This document shows, piece after piece, positions 54,688-64,000 of a DNA stretch of 64,000 nucleotides. Under the pieces are notes generated by a model. The model ran no database searches, was not told the origin of the DNA, and saw only the letters and a list, made by a program, of their open reading frames with translations. The first letter of the stretch is position 1, and every line of letters begins with the position of its first letter. The stretch is taken from the NCBI GenBank assembly GCA_034423195.1, contig DAOUIZ010000051.1, positions 56,174-120,173 on the forward strand, given 5' to 3'. The stretch is from Dehalococcoidia bacterium (GTDB lineage Bacteria; Chloroflexota; Dehalococcoidia; Lucifugimonadales; UBA3495). Both the position numbers and the translations under genes were made by a program.

Positions 54688-56367
54688 ATGCTGGAGCACG
54701 ATGTACTTGTGGTCGGGGCCGGCCTGGCTGGAATGAGGGCGGCTATCGCCGCCCGGGCCGGCGGGGCCGATGCCGCGATTATCAGCAAGGTCCATCCGGT
54801 CAGGAGCCACTCCAACGCGGCCCAGGGCGGAATCAACGCCGCCCTGACCGACCGGGGAGACGACTGGGAAGACCATGCCTACGACACCATCAAGGGCAGC
54901 GACTTCCTGGGCGACCAGGACGCCATCGAGGTGATGTGCCGGTCCGCCGGTCAGTCCCTCATCGACATGGAGCACATGGGCGTCACCTTCAACCGGGACG
55001 ACGAGGGCCGGTTGGGCACCCGCGCCTTCGGGGGACAGCGGCGCGCCCGCACCTTCTTCGTGGGCGACTTTACCGGCCAGGCCCTCCTCCACGTCATGTT
55101 CGAGCAGCTTATCAAGTCGGGAGTGCGCCGCTACGAGGAATGGTTCGTCACCTCCCTCATCATGGAGGACGGACAGGTTGCCGGGGTGACTGCCCTGGAG
55201 CTTCGCACCGGGCAGCTCCATGCCATTCGCGCCAAGTCGGTCATATTCTGCACCGGCGGTTGCGGGCGGCTGTTCGAGCCCAGCACCAACGCCCTCATCG
55301 TCACCGGCGACGGAATGTCCCTCGCCTACAACGCCGGAGCCCGCCTGATGGACATGGAGATGGTCCAGTACCATCCCACCACCATCGCCGGCAACGGGGT
55401 CTTGTTGTCCGAAGCCGCCCGGGGCGAGGGCGCTTACTTGCGGGACAAGAATGGGGAGCGGTTCATGGAGAAATACGCTCCCAACATGATGGAGCTGGCT
55501 TCCCGCGACGTGGTTTCCCGCGCCGAGCAGACCGAGATTAACGCCGGCAACGGGATCGACGGTTGTGTGCTGCTCGACTGCACCCACCTGGGCGAGCAGT
55601 TGATAATGGAAAAACTCAGCCAGATCCGGGAGCTGGGCATCGACCTCACCGGGCGTGACATGATCCGGGAGCCCGTGCCCATCCGCCCGGGGATGCATTA
55701 CATAATGGGCGGAATCAAGACCGACATCGACGGCCTGACCAACGTTCCGGGAGTCTACGCCGCCGGCGAGTGCGCCAACGTCAGCGTCCACGGCGGGAAC
55801 CGCCTCGGCGCCAACTCCCTCCTGGACACCATCGTGTTCGGAGAGCGGTCCGGCGACCACGCCGCCGCATCAGCGAAGATCGTGCCCTTCATCGACTTCA
55901 ACGAGGACGAGGTGGTCTCCCGGGAGCAGCGCCGTCTCCAGGACATGCTGGACCGGCCCGACAACGGCGACCGCTGGGGCAAGATCCGTCTGGAAATGGG
56001 CGACTCCATGAACCGCAACGTGGCGGTCTTCCGCACCAAGGAAGGCATCGAGGAAACCATCCAGGAGCTTCAGGACCTCAAGGAGCGCTACGGAAGCGTT
56101 CCGGTCCACAACAAGGGCCGGGTGTTCAACACCGACCTGGTTTTCGCCCTGGAACTCGGCTTCATGCTGGACTGCGCCGAAGCCATCGCGGTCAGCGCTT
56201 TGGAGCGCCGCGAAAGCCGCGGGGCCCAGTTCCGCACCGACTACCCGGCCCGCGACGACGATAACTGGCTGAAGCACATCGTGGTCACCAAGGGAGAACT
56301 GGGGCCCGAGTTGTCCGACCTCCCCGTGACCATCACCAAGTGGACGCCCGAAGAGAGGAAATACTGA
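54688..56367 (+). CDS. sdhA: succinate dehydrogenase/fumarate reductase flavoprotein subunit
   Basis: VVGAGLAGMRAA dinucleotide fold. Covalent-FAD His context RSHSNAAQGG. HYIMGGI motif. Confidence 0.94.
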   Translation: MLEHDVLVVGAGLAGMRAAIAARAGGADAAIISKVHPVRSHSNAAQGGINAALTDRGDDWEDHAYDTIKGSDFLGDQDAIEVMCRSAGQSLIDMEHMGVTFNRDDEGRLGTRAFGGQRRARTFFVGDFTGQALLHVMFEQLIKSGVRRYEEWFVTSLIMEDGQVAGVTALELRTGQLHAIRAKSVIFCTGGCGRLFEPSTNALIVTGDGMSLAYNAGARLMDMEMVQYHPTTIAGNGVLLSEAARGEGAYLRDKNGERFMEKYAPNMMELASRDVVSRAEQTEINAGNGIDGCVLLDCTHLGEQLIMEKLSQIRELGIDLTGRDMIREPVPIRPGMHYIMGGIKTDIDGLTNVPGVYAAGECANVSVHGGNRLGANSLLDTIVFGERSGDHAAASAKIVPFIDFNEDEVVSREQRRLQDMLDRPDNGDRWGKIRLEMGDSMNRNVAVFRTKEGIEETIQELQDLKERYGSVPVHNKGRVFNTDLVFALELGFMLDCAEAIAVSALERRESRGAQFRTDYPARDDDNWLKHIVVTKGELGPELSDLPVTITKWTPEERKY

Positions 56368-56370
56368 CCG

Positions 56371-57333
56371 ATGGACGTGACAGTCAAGATCAAGCGATTC
56401 GACCCGGACGCCGACCAGCCCCGCGTCGAATGGCAGGAATACCAGCTATCCGTCGACGAAAACGCCACCGTGCTGGACGCGCTGATAGTCATCCGCGAGG
56501 AGATTGACGGCACCCTCAGCCTCCGTTGCTCCTGCCGCAGCTCCATCTGCGGCTCCTGCGCCATGCGGATCAACGGCCATGCGGGCCTGGCCTGCAAGAC
56601 CAAGGCATCCGAATCCATGGACGAAAACGGCGTGATAGTCGTTGAGCCCGCCGGAGTCATGGGGCAGCTCAAGGACCTGGTCGTGGACTTCGACCTGTTC
56701 TGGCGGAAAATCGAGCAGGTCGAACCCTTCCTCCAGCCCCAGGGGCCGGAGCCGGAATCCGAGTACATCGCCTCCAACGAGTCCATGCTCCACCTCTCCG
56801 GTGTCACCGCCTGCATCATGTGCGGTGCCTGCGTTTCCGACTGCACCGTGCTGGAAGTCGATCCCACCTTTCTGGGCCCGGCTGCCTTGGCCAAGGCTTA
56901 CCGCTTCACCGCCGACCCTCGCGACGGCGACGATAACGGCGTGTCCCGGGAACGCCTTGCCGCCCTCGGCGAGGTTTCCGGGATGTGGGACTGCACCCGT
57001 TGCAGCGAGTGCGTCCAGGCCTGTCCCAAGGGCGTTGCTCCCATGGACCGCATCATGGCCCTGCGCGACCAGGCCATGGAGGCCGGCTTCTCCAACAGCA
57101 ACGGCGCCCGCCACGCCAACTCGTTCACCGAATCCGTCGGGAAGAACGGCCGCCTGGACGAGCTGAAGCTGCCCATCCAGTCCGTCGGAGGCGTCACCAA
57201 CATCCCGGCCATGCTGAGCTATCTGCCGGTGGGTCTGCGTGCCCTCACCCACGGCAAGGTTCCCTTCCGGCATCACGTCGTGGCCGATGCGGACACTGTC
57301 CGCCGCCTGTTCGAGGAACTGGATCAGTCCTGA
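56371..57333 (+). CDS. sdhB: succinate dehydrogenase iron-sulfur subunit, all-Cys third cluster motif
   Basis: CRSSICGSCAMRINGHAGLAC (2Fe-2S) and CIMCGACVSDC. Third motif is CTRCSECVQACP (C-x2-C-x2-C-x3-CP), not the classical C-x5-C-x3-CP. Confidence 0.9.
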   Translation: MDVTVKIKRFDPDADQPRVEWQEYQLSVDENATVLDALIVIREEIDGTLSLRCSCRSSICGSCAMRINGHAGLACKTKASESMDENGVIVVEPAGVMGQLKDLVVDFDLFWRKIEQVEPFLQPQGPEPESEYIASNESMLHLSGVTACIMCGACVSDCTVLEVDPTFLGPAALAKAYRFTADPRDGDDNGVSRERLAALGEVSGMWDCTRCSECVQACPKGVAPMDRIMALRDQAMEAGFSNSNGARHANSFTESVGKNGRLDELKLPIQSVGGVTNIPAMLSYLPVGLRALTHGKVPFRHHVVADADTVRRLFEELDQS

Positions 57334-57338
57334 CTCAT

Positions 57339-57370
57339 CGCGGATACCCAAACCCGCGGATACCCAAACC
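57339..57370 (+). repeat. perfect tandem duplication, 2 x 16 bp (CGCGGATACCCAAACC)
   Basis: Copies at 57339-57354 and 57355-57370, in the sdhB to CCG-gene spacer. Confidence 0.8.
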
Positions 57371-57403
57371 AAGGAACGACCCTACCAACAACCGGAGGCC
57401 AAA

Positions 57404-58288
57404 TTGAAGTACGCTTTCTATCCCGGGTGCGTCTCCCAGGGCGGAGCGCCCGAGCTCTATCCCGCGGCGACCACCATCTGCCAGCGGCTGGGCATCGAGC
57501 TGCAGGAAATCCGCTCCTGGACCTGCTGCGGCGCGGGAGTCATGCAGGAAAAGAACCAGCTTTTCGGGGATGTTCTCAACGCCCGCAACCTGGCCAAGGC
57601 CGAGCGCGACGGCCTGACCATCATGACCATCTGCAGCACCTGCCAGGGCGTCATCAGCCAGGCCAACAAGCGGATGCAGGACGACCCGGAGTACCTGGCC
57701 CGGATTAACACCCACCTGGCTGAGGAAGGCCTGGAATACCGGGGCACCGCCCAGATCAAGCACCTGCTCTGGATACTCATCGAGGACTACGGCCTGGACC
57801 AGCTCACCGGGCACCTGACCCGTTCTCTCAACGGGCTGCGGATCGCTCCCTTCTACGGCTGCTACATCGTCCGCCCCACCGAAGCCCTGGGCATCGAGGA
57901 GCACCCGGAACGCCAGACCTCCCTGGAAACCCTGATTCAGACCCTGGGGGCCACCGCCGTGGACTTCGAGGGCAAGACCCGCTGCTGCGGGTTCCCCATC
58001 CTGACCATCAACGAGCGGAACTCCATGGCCATGGTGGGCAAGCACACCTCCGAGGCCAAGGACTTGGGCGCGGATGCCATGGTCACGCCCTGCCCCCTGT
58101 GCCACCTCAACCTGGACGGCTTCCAGCCCAAGGCCGCCAAGCAGGCCCAGCGCAGCATCGACTTGCCCATCCTTCACCTTCCCCAGCTGATCGGCCTCGC
58201 CATGGGTATCCCCGGAGAGGACCTTGGCCTCAAGAAGCACATCATCAGCACCACCCCATTGCAGGTGAAGCTGGGCGCTGCGCGCTAG
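57404..58288 (+). CDS. CCG-domain (HdrB-like) subunit of a non-classical succinate:quinone oxidoreductase
   Basis: TTG 5 nt after GGAGG. Two CCG motifs (WTCCGAG, RCCGFP), plus CSTCQ and CPLCH. Confidence 0.8.
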   Translation: MKYAFYPGCVSQGGAPELYPAATTICQRLGIELQEIRSWTCCGAGVMQEKNQLFGDVLNARNLAKAERDGLTIMTICSTCQGVISQANKRMQDDPEYLARINTHLAEEGLEYRGTAQIKHLLWILIEDYGLDQLTGHLTRSLNGLRIAPFYGCYIVRPTEALGIEEHPERQTSLETLIQTLGATAVDFEGKTRCCGFPILTINERNSMAMVGKHTSEAKDLGADAMVTPCPLCHLNLDGFQPKAAKQAQRSIDLPILHLPQLIGLAMGIPGEDLGLKKHIISTTPLQVKLGAAR

Positions 58289-58300
58289 TATTTGTCCGAA

Positions 58301-58326
58301 CCCGGATACCAAACCCGGATTCCAAA
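58301..58326 (+). repeat. tandem 2 x 13 bp (CCCGGATACCAAA, CCCGGATTCCAAA)
   Basis: Lies directly after the CCG-gene stop. Related to the 57339 repeat and to the AAACCCGGACA units at 16051-16072. Confidence 0.7.
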
Positions 58327-58356
58327 CGGTCCTCTCTGCAACCGGAGAGGGCCGTT
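58325..58356 (+). terminator. terminator-like hairpin after the sdh cluster
   Basis: 12-bp stem AACGGTCCTCTC / GAGAGGGCCGTT (one G-U pair) with an 8-nt loop. Weak U-tract. Confidence 0.45.
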
Positions 58357-58379
58357 TGGGTGGTGTCCCAAAAGGCGGG

Positions 58380-58408
58380 TTGAGATTATTCCACATAAGG
58401 AATATACT
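58380..58408 (+). promoter_or_regulatory. higBA promoter with embedded palindromic operator; predicts a leaderless mRNA
   Basis: TTGAGA (58380-58385), 17-nt spacer, TATACT (58403-58408). GTG start lies only 5 nt after the -10. Palindrome TATTCC-N6-GGAATA at 58387-58404. Confidence 0.5.
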
Positions 58409-58413
58409 TAGTC

Positions 58414-58773
58414 GTGGCTTGGGAAGTGGAGGTCACGGACCAGTTCGGCCGGTGGTGGCATGAACTTTCCGAAGGCCAACAGGACGCCGTGGCCGCGAAA
58501 GTCGGGTTGCTGGAAGAGCTTGGGCCCAACCTGCCGTTTCCGCACTCTTCCGATGTCAGGGGTTCGCGTCATGGACAAATGCGGGAGCTTCGGGTGCAAC
58601 ACGCCGGAAGGCCGTTGCGTATCCTGTACGCTTTCGATCCCAGGAGGACATCCATCCTGCTCATCGGGGCTGACAAGACTGGGAATCCCCGCTTCTACGT
58701 CGAATATATCCCGGTCGCGGATCGGCTCTATGATGACCATCTCCAGGAACTGCATAGGGAAGGACTAATCTAA
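58414..58773 (+). CDS. higB: type II toxin, RelE/ParE superfamily (HigB/Gp49-like)
   Basis: 119 aa. MRELRVQHAGRPLRILYAFDPRRTSILLIGADKTG matches the family core. The toxin gene comes first. Confidence 0.8.
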   Translation: MAWEVEVTDQFGRWWHELSEGQQDAVAAKVGLLEELGPNLPFPHSSDVRGSRHGQMRELRVQHAGRPLRILYAFDPRRTSILLIGADKTGNPRFYVEYIPVADRLYDDHLQELHREGLI

Positions 58774-59129
58774 TGAGTGGACGACGCCCGTTTCGCGAAC
58801 TGACCACGGGTTTTTCCCCGGAGCGCAACCGCCGCATTGAATTGGAGAAAGCGCAGCTCTTGGCTGAAATGCCGCTCCACGAGTTGCGGTTGGCGCGGGA
58901 GTTGACCCAGAATGAACTGGCTCAGAAGCTATCTGTGAATCAACCGGCCATAGCCAAGATGGAACGGCGGGCGGACATGTACGTCTCCAGCCTGCGCTCC
59001 TACGTCGAAGCTATGGGAGGGAAGCTGACGATAGTGGCCGAGTTCCCGGAAGGCTACGTCCCGATTACGAACTTCTCCAGCGTGGGGACGGAAGAAGGTG
59101 AGGCAGCCGGCGAAGGAGCGGTCTCTTAA
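58773..59129 (+). CDS. higA: XRE-family HTH antitoxin (HigA-like)
   Basis: ATG overlaps the toxin stop (TAATG). HTH LTQNELAQKLSVNQPAIAKMERR. Confidence 0.8.
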   Translation: MSGRRPFRELTTGFSPERNRRIELEKAQLLAEMPLHELRLARELTQNELAQKLSVNQPAIAKMERRADMYVSSLRSYVEAMGGKLTIVAEFPEGYVPITNFSSVGTEEGEAAGEGAVS

Positions 59130-60424
59130 CCTCGAAGCGCAGGAACCACCTGCCGGAACGCCTCCACCGTCTTTTCCACGTCCTCCGAGGTGTGGGCCAG
59201 CGAAGGGTAGAACTTGTTGGGCCAGCTCTTCAGGATACCCTGCCGGAGCATTCCCTGGTTGAATCTGGCCATCATGCCGGCATCTGCTGCCAGGGTATCC
59301 CGGTAGTTGTGGACCGGCTGCTCGCTGAAATAGACGTCGAATATCGTGTCATCACCGCAGCTTTGCACCGGGATGCCGTTCTCGTTGCAGGCCCCCACCA
59401 GGGCCTCCCGCACCTGTCGGCCGGTCTCCCGCAGCCTTTCGTAGACCCCGTCCTTCCTCATTTCCGCCAGCGTGGCCAGCCCGGCGGCGCAGGCCACCGG
59501 ATTGCCGTTGAGCGTCCCGATCTGGTTGACGTAATGGTCCGCGTCGGCCTCCCCCGCATCGTACACTGACATGATGTCGGAACGTCCCAGCACCGCGGCC
59601 AGCGGGTAGCCCCCGCCCATGATCTTCCCCACGGCGCAAAGGTCCGGTACCACCTCGTACCGTTCCTGCGCTCCACCGTAGGCCAACCGGAAGGACGTGA
59701 CCACCTCGTCGAAGACCAGCGGGATGCCATGACGGCGGGTTACCTCCCGCAGGCCGGAGAGGAAGCCAGGTTCGGGAGCGATGACCCGTTGCAGCGGCTC
59801 CACGATCACCGCCGCCAGTTCATCCCGGTGGGCCTCGATGATGGTGGTTGTCGTCTCCAGGTCGTTGAAGGGAGCGATCAGCATCAGGTCCTGCAGCGCC
59901 TGTGGGATGCCGGCCGTGTTGATGAAGGCCGAAGGATACTCCGCCGACGCCGGCGGGGTCACGCTCATCAGGGCGTAGTCGCTGGTCCCGTGGAATCCCC
60001 CTTCAAACTTGAGCACCTTTTCCTTCCCGGTGAAGGAGCGGCAGATCCGCATGGCCTGGAAGCAGGCATCGGTCCCGCTGGTGGTGAACCGCACCCGCTC
60101 GGCGCAGGGAACGGCCCGGCACAGCTCCTCGGCCAGCAGGACGGCCTTCTCGTTGGTAGTGAAAAAGGTGCTGCCCTTTCCGACGGCCTCCACCACCGCC
60201 TCCACCACCGTCGGGTGGGCGTGCCCCAGGATCATCGGGCCGGACCCCATCAGCCAGTCGACGTATTCGTTGCCGCTGACGTCCCAGATGCGGGAACCCC
60301 GGCCCTCCTTCGCCAAAAACCGCAGGTCCTCGGGAAAGCTGGTATTCCCCCCGGTCCCGCCGGGGAAGTATTGGGCCGCCTTGTCCAGTAATTGCCTCTC
60401 CCGCGGTAGGGAGTTTCCCATCAA
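59126..60424 (-). CDS. class III PLP aminotransferase, glutamate-1-semialdehyde aminomutase-like paralogue
   Basis: DEVVTSFRLAYGGAQERY..PDLCAVGKIMGGGYP with the PLP Lys. The N-terminus PGGTGGNTSF differs from the HemL PGGVNSPVRAF. Confidence 0.85.
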   Translation of the reverse strand: MMGNSLPRERQLLDKAAQYFPGGTGGNTSFPEDLRFLAKEGRGSRIWDVSGNEYVDWLMGSGPMILGHAHPTVVEAVVEAVGKGSTFFTTNEKAVLLAEELCRAVPCAERVRFTTSGTDACFQAMRICRSFTGKEKVLKFEGGFHGTSDYALMSVTPPASAEYPSAFINTAGIPQALQDLMLIAPFNDLETTTTIIEAHRDELAAVIVEPLQRVIAPEPGFLSGLREVTRRHGIPLVFDEVVTSFRLAYGGAQERYEVVPDLCAVGKIMGGGYPLAAVLGRSDIMSVYDAGEADADHYVNQIGTLNGNPVACAAGLATLAEMRKDGVYERLRETGRQVREALVGACNENGIPVQSCGDDTIFDVYFSEQPVHNYRDTLAADAGMMARFNQGMLRQGILKSWPNKFYPSLAHTSEDVEKTVEAFRQVVPALRG

Positions 60425-60433
60425 TGCGCCTCT

Positions 60434-60841
60434 CTATTGTTGTTTCTTACTGATTTCTTCGACTTGTTTCACGGGGTCACCGACCGACACATTAGCCGAG
60501 CCTTCTCTATATTGATGCTCCCCGGCTGTCCGAATCGTTTTCACCTTTGTTACATATCGAGGAAATGGGACGACAGTCGACAAGCTAGCTGCGAAGTTAG
60601 CCTCTTCATAAGTATCGAATGTCCTGCCTATGGAAAACTGGGGTTCTGTTTGGACAATTTCAACCGTTATTTTTGAACGGGTCAATTGACCTAGATTAGC
60701 CTTGGTGTCGGGGTCAACCACATAGATCTCTGGCTCCAAAACATCGAACCTCATTCGGTCCGACACCCCGTGTTCAGACCCCTTGTTGATGATCAATTCC
60801 CTAGTATTAAGGATTTTGGCGACCTTGCCCTCAATTGCCAT
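60434..60841 (-). CDS. hypothetical soluble protein (AT-rich module, gene 2)
   Basis: 135-aa ORF. Lines counted at about 42-53% GC. Motif LIINKGSEHGVSDRMRFDVLE resembles a segment of the upstream gene product. Confidence 0.55.
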   Translation of the reverse strand: MAIEGKVAKILNTRELIINKGSEHGVSDRMRFDVLEPEIYVVDPDTKANLGQLTRSKITVEIVQTEPQFSIGRTFDTYEEANFAASLSTVVPFPRYVTKVKTIRTAGEHQYREGSANVSVGDPVKQVEEISKKQQ

Positions 60842-60844
60842 GTC

Positions 60845-61462
60845 TCAGTCTCTCCAAGTCCTCATAAGAATGTCCAACCAGTGCAATAAGTCCTCCCCGG
60901 GAATCTCTCTCCTTATTATAACTCCACTGGGCGGGGACGGGTCTGATCGCATTCGCCGTTCCAAGTCGTCCCAGAACTCGGGCCTTACCCTGTCAAAAAC
61001 CGAGCAGACACAATGACCAGCATGAACTTCAGACGCTTGTAACACGCCCCACGCGGCCTGATCAGCTGTGTTGAGGACTATGAACTGATGCCCTGGCGAA
61101 ACCCCGTCCGCCGAGCCAATTGCTAACCCAACCCCAATATCGTCTCCAATCTGCGTTATTGCGGTCCATTCGACTGCGATGGTTTGGGCTGCAATCGCTC
61201 TCGCCACTCCTTTAGTGATGATCCACGCTATTACCAGCTTCATCAGCCAGGGAACAGTTTTGGTGATGAAATAGAACAGCGGAATTATTGCGGCTGAGAT
61301 CCCTGTCGCAGCCAGGACTGCCAAGGCAACAGCGTAACCGGTGTCCCTACCGGACGATGTGTTGCCCGTGTGGATGCCCAGGAAAAGAGGAACAGCTATC
61401 GCAAGGGCTACACCCAACAATGCCAGGAAGGGTAGCCAGGTTGTTTTGAGGAAAAGGAACAC
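60845..61462 (-). CDS. hypothetical membrane protein (AT-rich module, gene 1)
   Basis: 205-aa ORF. Three N-terminal TM helices, then GLAIGSADGVSPGHQFIVLN...EVHAGHCVCSVF. Separated from gene 2 by 3 nt. Confidence 0.55.
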   Translation of the reverse strand: MFLFLKTTWLPFLALLGVALAIAVPLFLGIHTGNTSSGRDTGYAVALAVLAATGISAAIIPLFYFITKTVPWLMKLVIAWIITKGVARAIAAQTIAVEWTAITQIGDDIGVGLAIGSADGVSPGHQFIVLNTADQAAWGVLQASEVHAGHCVCSVFDRVRPEFWDDLERRMRSDPSPPSGVIIRREIPGEDLLHWLDILMRTWRD

Positions 61463-61597
61463 TTAACCCGCTGGTTTTTCGTGCGGGCCAGGGGTCAGTA
61501 GGGAGACTTCACCTGATAAAGGGGATGGCCCAGACGACCGCGCACGGACGATCTGGGCCAGGTTTGCTCTGGATAAACGTTGTTGCAAAGCCCGGGA

Positions 61598-62539
61598 CTA
61601 CCCTTCCGCCTTCGAGTTCCGCATCACCTCCACCAGTTCCTGGACGCTGGCCGCGGAGCGTTCCAGGGCTGCCTGCTCGTCGTCCGTCAGCGTGATTTCA
61701 ATGACCTTCTCCAAGCCGCCCGCTCCCAGCTTGACCGGGACGCCTACGCACAGCCCATTGATGCCGTACTCCCCTTCCAGGTAGGCGCAGGCCGGCAGGA
61801 TCCGCTTGCGGTCCAGCAGCACCGCCTCGACCATCTGGGTGATGGACGCCGACGGAGCGTAGTAGGCGCTCCCTTGCTTCAGGAGGGCCACGATTTCCCC
61901 GCCGCCCTGGCGGGCCCGCTCCACCAGCCGCTGGATGTCGTCGTCGTCCAGCAACTCGCTGATGGGAATGCCGCCGACGGTGGTGTAGCGGACCAGGGGC
62001 ACCATGTCGTCCCCGTGTCCCCCCAGGACATAGGCCTGGACATCATCTACCGAAACGTCCAGCTCCTGGGCGATGAAGGTGCGGAAGCGGGCTGTATCCA
62101 GCACACCGGCCATCCCGAAGACCCGGTTGCGGGGAAAGCCGCTGGACTCGAAGACGTTCTGCACCATGGCGTCCAGCGGATTGGTGACCGCGATGATGAT
62201 GGTGTCCGGGGAGTATTTCACCACCTCCTCGGTAACGGCGGAGGTGATCTTCATGTTGGTCAGCAGGAGGTCGTCCCGGCTCATCCCTGGCCTGCGGGCG
62301 ATTCCCGCAGTGATGACCACCACGTCGGACCCGGCGGACTCCGCGTAGCCATTGCTCCCGATGATGCTGGCGTCCGAGCTGATTACCGGGCCCGACTCGA
62401 GCATGTCGAGGGCCTTGCCCTGGGGCAGGTCCTCAACCACGTCCACGAGGACGACGTCGGCGTATCCCAACTGGTGAATCCGCTGAGCGGTGGTGGCGCC
62501 GACGTTGCCTGCGCCGACTACGGTTACCTTGCTGCGCAT
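61598..62539 (-). CDS. mdh: malate dehydrogenase (LDH-like type)
   Basis: [34 protein letters not shown] and GGHGDDMVP motifs. Confidence 0.93.
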   Translation of the reverse strand: MRSKVTVVGAGNVGATTAQRIHQLGYADVVLVDVVEDLPQGKALDMLESGPVISSDASIIGSNGYAESAGSDVVVITAGIARRPGMSRDDLLLTNMKITSAVTEEVVKYSPDTIIIAVTNPLDAMVQNVFESSGFPRNRVFGMAGVLDTARFRTFIAQELDVSVDDVQAYVLGGHGDDMVPLVRYTTVGGIPISELLDDDDIQRLVERARQGGGEIVALLKQGSAYYAPSASITQMVEAVLLDRKRILPACAYLEGEYGINGLCVGVPVKLGAGGLEKVIEITLTDDEQAALERSAASVQELVEVMRNSKAEG

Positions 62540-62704
62540 CTGGTTAGTGCTCCTCTTTCCTTCGTCTCGGTTCTGGATTGGCCTGGCTTTCTAATCCGTT
62601 TCTTCAACGGTTGTCCCGCCCAAGGGAAAGGGGCTTTCCGCCCCCCATCCCCCGGACGCCGGTCGGGCCGGCCGGGAACTGCGCCTCGGCCGGCCGGATT
62701 GTCG

Positions 62705-64000
<1,296 letters not shown>

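Noticed and set aside
59126-60424. Naming the class III aminotransferase hemL.
   Set aside because: The PLP-lysine region is HemL-like, but the N-terminal PGGVNSPVRAF motif is replaced by PGGTGGNTSF. It is safer to call it a paralogue of unknown substrate.

Overview
High-GC bacterial chromosomal segment. Hand counts on single 60-nt lines give about 65-73% GC in core genes, with a few patches at about 38-53%. I find about 57 protein genes and one RNase P RNA. I saw no rRNA, tRNA, CRISPR array, transposase or integrase. All functional calls rest on motifs read from the ORF translations; no database search was possible.

Gene content:
- Information processing and repair: ileS (5'-truncated), mutM, sbcC, sbcD, comF-like, rnpB.
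- Respiration and central metabolism: an 11-gene nuo operon in the order A-B-C-D-H-I-J-K-[64-aa ORF]-L-M-N with no nuoE/F/G; a non-classical succinate dehydrogenase (SdhA, an all-Cys SdhB, a CCG-domain subunit); membrane pyrophosphatase; mdh; monomeric icd (truncated at the window end); nadK.
- Varied catabolic enzymes: a three-subunit Mo-hydroxylase, an HMGL-like lyase, a family III CoA-transferase, an HpcH aldolase, an amidase with a small partner ORF, a formamidase-type amidohydrolase, and LLM and PPOX enzymes of the F420-linked type.
- A higBA-type toxin-antitoxin pair.

The gene mix suggests a Chloroflexota-like organism, but this is inference only.

Most unusual observations:
1. A single 689-aa ORF fuses a DapA-type aldolase, an MfnB-type domain and a TusA-like tail.
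2. Arrays of AATGTCC-type sites spaced one helical turn apart lie at a similar distance upstream of two sigma70-like promoters, and the two arrays share an exact 17-mer.
3. A 154-bp MITE-like element has perfect 15-bp terminal inverted repeats and 11-bp flanking direct repeats.
4. An AT-rich two-gene module of unknown function sits between an aminotransferase gene and mdh.
5. A DUF2007-like ORF is inserted inside the nuo operon.
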